Positions 55,981-64,000 of a stretch of DNA of 64,000 bases are shown one piece after another. Location of the stretch: positions 113,336,001 through 113,400,000 of the forward strand of contig OX597819.1 in assembly GCA_951406725.2 (NCBI GenBank), written 5' to 3'. Position 1 is the first letter of the stretch. Each line of letters begins with the position of its first letter. The translations under genes and the position numbers were made by a program. Below the pieces are notes generated by a model, which saw only the letters and a program-made list of their open reading frames with translations, searched no databases and had not been told where the DNA came from. The DNA is from Octopus vulgaris. Lineage: Eukaryota.

Positions 55981-57169
55981 GCAGACAGACAGAGAGACAG
56001 ACAGACAGATACATACATATATACATACATATACATACACACACACACATACATACATACATACATACATACATACATACATACATACATACATACATAC
56101 ATACATACATACATACATACATACATACATACATACATACATACGTCAAGATTCGTATATCCTGGTAGACAAGCAGATACATATCCTTTTACACACGATT
56201 AGACAAGTTGACATACACACACACACACACTCACCCACACACACACTCACCCACACATATATGCAAAGAAGACCATTGACATACAGACACAAAGTCATAA
56301 AGACACATACACACACACCCAAGCATCCCAGAACAGAGTCAGATAACCAGATGCACGCAGTGATATACAGGCCTAAAACATGTCGCTGAAGGAGACACAC
56401 ACACACACATTAGCTATCTATCTATGTATATGTACGTTGGGTGGGTGTGGAGTAATGTATATGGATGTTATGTGTGTGTAAATATATATATATATATATG
56501 AGATGTATGTATGAATATGTATGTGTGTATGTATGAATATGTAAACAGACACATCTACAAATATGAATACAAAAATATATGTGATACGTGCACAAGCAGA
56601 ATCTCAGTAAATACGTGAAAGTTTGAAAAAATTAATCATGAACACACATCTACAAACACAAATGCACACACACATACGCACCCTCACACACACACACACA
56701 CACACATACGTACCCTCACGCACATGCACACTCTCACACACACACTTACCGCACGTACTAATGACGTACATACGTACATCTAAGAAATATGTTTGTCTTA
56801 AGCCCTCACCGTCTGTTTATTTTATTTTGACTATCGCTCCGCATCCTCTCAACGACCTACTGGGGTGTCAATGATTCGTCTATCTAACACTTCTCAAAGC
56901 ACCAACGAAATGTATAAGAAATAAAGACCCAACTTCAAAAACATGTAATATGTAGAGTATTTAGTATCATCTCGTATTTTTTTTTTTACTTGCTTGCAAC
57001 GTTTGAATAGTGACATCTTTCAAGAGAATCCTGAACTGAACAGGACTGCTTACACATTGAATTTAAATTAGCCAGCACAAGGATGGCGTATCACTATGAT
57101 GGCAACACTCTACAGTCGAGTGACTGGTTGGATTCTGAGATCATTCAGAACAAGAGAAAAGGATACCAT

Positions 57170-57690
57170 GCTACTCCTGTAGAGAATATTGCTACTCCCA
57201 AGTGTGATCACTCCAAAGTAGCAAACTAACAATGGATCTTGAGACAATCCAATGCTACTATACAAAGAAAATGAACTCGGTGCAAAAGATGAGCTGATGG
57301 ACGGGCTAAAAAGAATTGAGGCTCTACTCTTTAGGGAGAAGACACAACAGATTTGTTGTGAATATATACATGGAAAATTCTGAAAAGTCTAGCTTCCAAA
57401 TTTGGAATCGAACAATATACCAACCGGCGTACTGGACGTCATTACATAGTAACAAAGACCCAGTCTTTCTATGTAGAGTAAGAATCCAGTACAGTAACAG
57501 CTTAGATTTTAAGGGCCCACAACTTTTCAATACAGTGCTAAATAACCACAGAGATCAGTGAGGTGTAGATATGATTCTTTTCAATGAACATTTGGATAAA
57601 TATTCATCTAAGGTACCAGATGAACCCGCATCGTGGCATTTGATACAAAGAAGCGCAGCGCTGTCCAATTCGCAACTTCCCCAGAAGCAG
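57170..57690 (+). mobile_element. CR1/Crack-like LINE 3' fragment
   Basis: LKELRLYSLGRR ... SLDFKGPQLFN...LDKYSSKVPDEP. Confidence 0.75.
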
Positions 57691-57922
57691 TTCCGAAGAG
57701 AGTGTCGGGAAGTGAATGTGAAATAAAAACAATCACACAAAAGGTGGTGCTCCAACGTGGCCACATACTTTCACTAAAACCAGTAAAAGTTAAAGCATAC
57801 ATTTCTTTCACTCAAAAGACTTTTATATTCAGTAAATGTTATCCAGTAGCTGTTATAGTACGCATTGAAAACGAACTAATAATCACTTATCATGAAGTGA
57901 ACAACTTTTTAACTATTCCTGC

Positions 57923-58011
<89 letters not shown>

Positions 58012-58103
58012 CGTGCGTGCATGCGTGCGTGCGTGCGTGCATGCGTGCGTGCGTGCGTCCTTGAGTGTGTGTGTGTGTGTGTTTTCACCCACCCACACAG
58101 ACA

Positions 58104-58148
<45 letters not shown>

Positions 58149-58428
58149 CTTTTTACATATTTCAATTCACGATTACATCACTGTACATAAATTCCCTCAC
58201 TAAACAAGGTTTTCGAAACTTTTTTGTGTGTATATATATATAGTCCCCTCCCCTTACTGAAAGCGGAATACTTATCTCCCTTGCCCACAACACTAACAAT
58301 AATAACGATAACCAATTACCACCCCTTATTTTTCTACTTGTGAAGTCATTCACTCAGAAATATCATTACACATAACATGGACAAAAATTTCTTCTTAAGA
58401 AAATACATATTCAAATAAGTAAACCTTA

Positions 58429-58463
58429 ATATCATGAATAGCGAAAGCGAAACCGGTCGATAT
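58429..58463 (+). ncRNA. Degenerate minimal hammerhead motif
   Basis: atatc ATGAATA gc-gaaa-gc GAAAC CG GTC gatat; stems intact, two core substitutions. Confidence 0.5.
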
Positions 58464-58565
58464 ATTAAAAATTATTTTAAAACTATGTAAAGTGCGTGTA
58501 TTTTCCTTTTTTAATTTCTTTTTACTTATTATATATTATTTATTCATTTTTAGTCCTTTTACTTG

Positions 58566-58661
<96 letters not shown>

Positions 58662-58673
58662 GTGCATGTGTGC

Positions 58674-58704
<31 letters not shown>

Positions 58705-58889
58705 AGTACAAATATTCTATAATTATAAACATAATTACAATCAGGGGTCAGCTAATTGCTTCGCCACGCAACGAATTTAGAAATAGGAGTTAAAATACCT
58801 TTTCTACTACCATAAATATCTCCCAGATAGGAACACACTTTTTTATGTAGGCAAAAAGAAGAAATAACGAATCCACACGACTCAGATTA

Positions 58890-58957
58890 GCTACATACGC
58901 GTTTTGAGATTAAAGTAAAGTTATATTTGCTTACTTATTTCCCATCTTCAGTGCAGC
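58890..58957 (-). ncRNA. Hammerhead motif with one core substitution
   Basis: Minus strand: gctgca CTGAAGA t ggga...tctc AAAAC GC GTA tgtagc (G12 to A). Confidence 0.55.
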
Positions 58958-59074
58958 ATTTCGAAATATAATTTGAGAGTGTTAGGATTAAATATGTACG
59001 CGATCAAGCTTCATCGCATAACCGATATTCAACCAGAAATTGCAGTTTTCGATCAGCGAGTAAATTATATTTCA

Positions 59075-59109
<35 letters not shown>

Positions 59110-59110
<1 letters not shown>

Positions 59111-59321
59111 AGGGTTGGCCAAAAGTCACCTGACAGTGAATCAAAACCATTTAATTCCAAGATTTATTTATGCTTAACAAGTGAATGAATTTCATAAAAG
59201 TATCTATTATATAAGACATCATTAAAATTGTTCAAACTGAAAACACATTTTCCCATTCGCGTCAATACAGAATTACAGACAGTATTTATGGAATTTTGAT
59301 TTACAGTCGGGTGACTTTTGA

Positions 59322-59325
<4 letters not shown>
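59110..59325. mobile_element. Tc1/mariner-type MITE
   Basis: TIRs tggccaaaagtcacctgacagtgaatcaaaa / ttttgatttacagtcgggtgacttttgacca within (TA)n. Confidence 0.8.
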
Positions 59326-59368
<43 letters not shown>

Positions 59369-59453
59369 TAGTTAGGGAATATAAATATTCCAAGCCAACA
59401 GGGGAAGAAAAATTCAATTTAGCACACTAAATCAAAGACTATACATTATATTT

Positions 59454-59503
<50 letters not shown>

Positions 59504-59521
59504 ATATATATATATATATAC

Positions 59522-59562
<41 letters not shown>

Positions 59563-59575
59563 CATACATACATAC

Positions 59576-59640
<65 letters not shown>

Positions 59641-59672
59641 ATGTATGTATGTATATATATATATATATATAT

Positions 59673-59744
<72 letters not shown>

Positions 59745-60008
59745 AACTCCGTGTGGAATAAAATAACTTTGTTTTATTCATATATATATGTATGTGTGTA
59801 CAAACTCAGGTTGTTTCAAATGCCATACAACATAAATTCTTGTCTTATCACAATTATTTCCACCTCTAGAGGGTATCACAATTAGCAAAATGGCAATTGA
59901 GACTGGATCCATATAAGAAACGGACCCAAACTCAAGAATGAAAATTTTTCAAAAGATCACATGCCATTAAGGAAAAGGAAAGGATTACTGTCTGGAGATA
60001 AGGGGACA

Positions 60009-60053
60009 ATCGTAAACACGTGTTTCTTCTTTAATAGGCGTCATCAGAACGAC
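60009..60053 (-). ncRNA. Degenerate hammerhead motif
   Basis: Minus strand: gtcgtt CTGATGA cgcctattaaagaa GAAAC ACGT GTT tacgat; palindromic stem III, stem II eroded. Confidence 0.45.
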
Positions 60054-60136
60054 AATTGTTCAAACTTGTCCTCAGCAACCGTGGGACTTGGATATATACA
60101 AAAAAGAGAACACACACACATGTACGTACGCACGTA

Positions 60137-60245
<109 letters not shown>

Positions 60246-60884
60246 AGAGTTTACGAAAAAAACAGAAGACGAAGACAGGTGGTGTACAAAACAAACAGAT
60301 GTATTAGTATAACGCTCAGGAATAGAAAATGTCTATTACGTTTCAAGCCTACGCTCATCTACAGAAAGGGACACAGAAAAAACAAGGAGAGAGAAAAAAA
60401 ACAAGGAGAGAAAAAAAGGAGACTTCTTGCCCATGTTCAGTCCACTGCAGGACGCGCGCTTCAGCACGTCTGTCCTCCAGCCACGGTCTTATGTGGAGGC
60501 CGTGAATTTGGGCTTGAGATCATACCAGTTCGATTATCCTACTCTGCCACACTGGCTTGACATGGCTCGGCAGAAGGATGCAGTTTTTTTTATACTCATA
60601 CCACGTAGTAATTAAGTCGATATGTTCGTATGCATACATATATATGTAGGCGCTATATGTTCTAATCTTTGTATTAGGTTTTCCGTACCTGTGTATCAGA
60701 CAGATACAGTTCGTTTGGATAAAAATTCCGAAATTCATCTTTATCATTATTTCCAAACTATGCTCAGGATGTCAAGTGGTGTTGGCTTCTGTGCTGCTCC
60801 TTTTATAGTGGCCGGCTCATATCTAAACTGGATTGCTCGCCACAAATTGAACGCTAGAGCTTCGGATTTCTTCGTTATCAGATT

Positions 60885-61130
60885 TGTGTTTATTACGTGT
60901 GTAAGCTGCATGTTAATTGTAGGCTTGTGTTGCGATATGTATATCGCTTCCATAATCAAACACCTACTTCTGTGGAGAACTCTGTAAAGTATGAATGTAT
61001 TATCAGTTAATATTTTTTAAATCTAGTTTTGTTTATGGTTTGTAGTGTAGTGTGTGCAACCTTGTTGTGAATGCATGGTGAGGTTACAAGAGAGTGTTGT
61101 ACTTGTCTGGCCATCTTGAAAGTGGGAACG
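60885..61130 (-). mobile_element. Penelope-like element GIY-YIG endonuclease remnant
   Basis: GQTSTTLSCNLTMHSQQG ... LTDNTFILY...LIMEAIYISQHKPTINMQ. Confidence 0.75.
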
Positions 61131-61277
61131 ATAGCTGAAGTGACTTGGTGTTAACTTTGTTAAGAATTGAAATTAACTAGCGGGCTTATCCAGTATTCAA
61201 GTATCCATGACGAAACTGGGAAGAGTTTTAGTGAGAAATATGGACAAAATGCGTGTAATAATAATAATAATAATAAT

Positions 61278-61341
<64 letters not shown>

Positions 61342-61342
61342 G

Positions 61343-61543
61343 GTTCGAATTTTGGCACAATGCAGGGGAAGGGGATAAGTCAATTACATCAACACCAGCA
61401 TTCAAATTATACTTATTTTATCAACCCTGACAAAATCAAAGGCGAAGTCGAACCCAGCGGCATTTGGAATCACAACATAAGGACGGATGAAACACCACTA
61501 AACATTTTGCTCAGTACGGGAAGGATAACACCAGCTAGCCGCC

Positions 61544-61545
<2 letters not shown>
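61343..61545 (-). mobile_element. Decayed SINE family B
   Basis: aatttggcacaa...aaaggcgaagtcgaacccagcggcatttg. Confidence 0.65.
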
Positions 61546-61619
<74 letters not shown>

Positions 61620-61675
61620 TAATAATAACAACAACAACAACAACAACAATAATAATAATAATGATAATGATGATG

Positions 61676-61728
<53 letters not shown>

Positions 61729-62251
61729 CTGATGCAGTACCAGGCAGTGGCTCTCATGGCTTCTGATCTTAACTGATTGGAAGTGTTATCATGTACATTG
61801 TTTTGTCTTGGTATAAAAGATGGGCTACAGCAAATATTCTGCTCAATACCACAGATTTGCTTGTCAGTTGTTTGACCTTAACCAGTTGAGCATGTCCCTT
61901 AGTGGCTGACGATATGTGCATCTCTGATCACGAGCAGAAGTAGTGGGGGAGCATCATAGCCATGTGTTGAGAGGGATTCTTTGGGGTTTGAATAGTTCAC
62001 CTCTGGAAACATGGGTGGTTCTTTCAACATCCTTAAACAACCCTTATTCAGGGACCGTTTGAGCAGGATGGGCTACTCAAAATGAAGAAAATTCTAACTG
62101 GGCCCCACCTGCAAGGTCATGTGCAGTTTATCTTGATATGAGATCACCATGTCGCGTGTACCTTTATCAGACGGGTAGTCATGATGGGTATATTGGGCTT
62201 CGTATATTTTACCCCAGTGTCACTTTGATGGCATGAACTGCTCTCTCACTC
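61729..62251. mobile_element. (TAA)n-embedded non-coding element, copy 2
   Basis: Matches 24081-24635 apart from a 28-bp deletion and a few substitutions. Confidence 0.85.
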
Positions 62252-62255
62252 AATG

Positions 62256-62314
<59 letters not shown>

Positions 62315-62329
62315 CAGCAATAACAACAA

Positions 62330-62612
62330 TCACACTGTGGGCAATGATGAGAGTAACTGTCACCTCCATAGTTGTAGGGGTACTGGGAGTACTAACAACC
62401 AGCTTTGAGAAATATGTCGGAGAAATTGGAATTGACATGAGGGTAGAAAATGCTCAAAAAATTGCTCAATTGGAGACAACCAGAATTTTGAGATTGGCAC
62501 TTGAGTGTTAAGTATCGCGGAAAGAGACTATGTGAAACCTTTGACAACAGGTTGATGTCCGCTCTCACAGAATTAACCGGAACAATTAAAATCGAAATCT
62601 CTGAGAAGTAAA
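62330..62612 (+). mobile_element. R4/Dong-clade 3' end fragment
   Basis: LWAMMRVTVTSIVVGVLG...AQKIAQLETTRILRLALEC* plus 3' UTR ending in (TAA)n. Confidence 0.75.
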
Positions 62613-62627
62613 ATGACGATGATGATG

Positions 62628-62708
<81 letters not shown>

Positions 62709-62874
62709 GTACAACACTAAGTACAAAACCAAATATATGGTACCCTAGGCATAACACCAACACGAACTTCCAACTTGTTGTCTCTTGAGGTCTCTGGGTG
62801 AGACTTGGAGCCAGCTTGGGCAAATGTAAAGCAAAAGTCAAACATAGAATAATAATAATAATAATGATAATAAC

Positions 62875-62938
<64 letters not shown>

Positions 62939-62944
62939 GTAATA

Positions 62945-63925
62945 TCCGGTGAACAAAAAGGGTGTTGTAAATGTGGCAGAAGGATAACAGATCAATTGCT
63001 AACTGACAAAACAGTACTGAAAGATCGCAAAGAGATACACCAGTTTAATGATGGCGTGGACAGATAATAACAGAGCGTACAATTGGTATCTCACTAAACT
63101 GTTTGGTTTAGCTAATAACGTAACGTATTTGATCAGAAGTCCGATGCACACATGGAAGGCTGAATTGACAATATCAAGAAAGGAACTTGAAGCAGATGAA
63201 ATAAGAAGAAGGAATTTGTTAGGTGAAAAGTATGTCGTCTTTATTGTTTATATTGTGCATGATACTGATAATGTTTATATTGCGAACGGCAGGAAGTTGG
63301 GTATGAATAGGGAAAAGAAAGAATTGAAACTCTACTCTTTTTTTTGTCTGTTCATGGACGACCTTAAACTGTCCGAGAAGAGTGACAACCAGATAGATTT
63401 AGTTAAAGCAGTTCATTTATTTAGCAAAAACATAGGAATGGGATTAAGGATAAAGACGTGTGGTATCCATAAAAAATGGGGGAAATGATTGTATCAGCAC
63501 ATGGATAGTGTTACCTGACGGCGAAGTAATGGAGGCTACTGAGGGGAAGTGATATAAGTATTTAGGAACACTGGAAGTCGATAAGATCAAGGAGATTGTT
63601 ATGAAGGGACTATTTAGAAAAGACTAACAGAGAAGATTAAGATTAAAAAGAAGAAATATGATATCAACAATAAATACATGTTGGCATCAGTATTGAGATA
63701 TAGAGCAGAGATATTCAAATAGAGTAATCAAGAACCAGACACAAAAGAATAAAACGGAAGCTAGGCAGAAAGACACAGAAAGAGATGACAACTCTTGGGG
63801 TACTACTACACCCGAAAAGCGACATTCATGGGCTTTATGTACCGAGGAAAATGGAGTAAGAGATATTTAACAATCTTTAGAAAAGTGAAAGAAGTGAACA
63901 GAGCAATTTGGAATGGTGTATAGCT
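62945..63925 (+). mobile_element. R4/Dong-clade reverse transcriptase fragment
   Basis: EQKGC...TDQLLTDK, MAWTD..RAY, LFMDDLKL, YKYLG, LHPKSDIHGLYVPRK. Confidence 0.85.
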
Positions 63926-63927
63926 AA

Positions 63928-64000
63928 TGGAGGCGCAATGGCCTCAGTGGTTAGGGCAGCGGACTCGCGGTCGGAGGATCGCGGTTTCGATTCCCAGACC
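63928..64000 (+). mobile_element. SINE family C head (cut by window end)
   Basis: ggaggcgcaatggcctcagtggttagggcagcgg...ggtttcgattcccag. Confidence 0.85.

Overview
This is AT-rich eukaryotic DNA saturated with microsatellites. Its repeat content (tRNA-derived SINE families, (TA)n/(CA)n/(CATA)n/(TAGA)n/(TAA)n tracts) strongly resembles an Octopus (coleoid cephalopod) genome; that assignment is pattern recognition, not a database hit. No intact host protein-coding gene is visible, and nearly all ORFs in the supplied track are translations of simple repeats or SINEs. The window looks intergenic or intronic. It holds many SINE copies, Tc1/mariner, pogo and hAT MITEs, a Helentron-type element, and decayed fragments of RTE, L1/Tx1, CR1-like, R4/Dong and Penelope retrotransposons. 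It also holds a 19-bp minisatellite with a ~171-bp higher-order period. The most notable signal is a set of about 10 hammerhead-ribozyme-like motifs. One is canonical and intact (904-990), two more have an intact core, several are decayed, and a duplicated ~125-bp unit may fold as a type III hammerhead. Most lie in short non-coding cassettes embedded in (TA)n tracts, some beside Penelope GIY-YIG remnants. This suggests non-autonomous, ribozyme-bearing Penelope/retrozyme-like elements.
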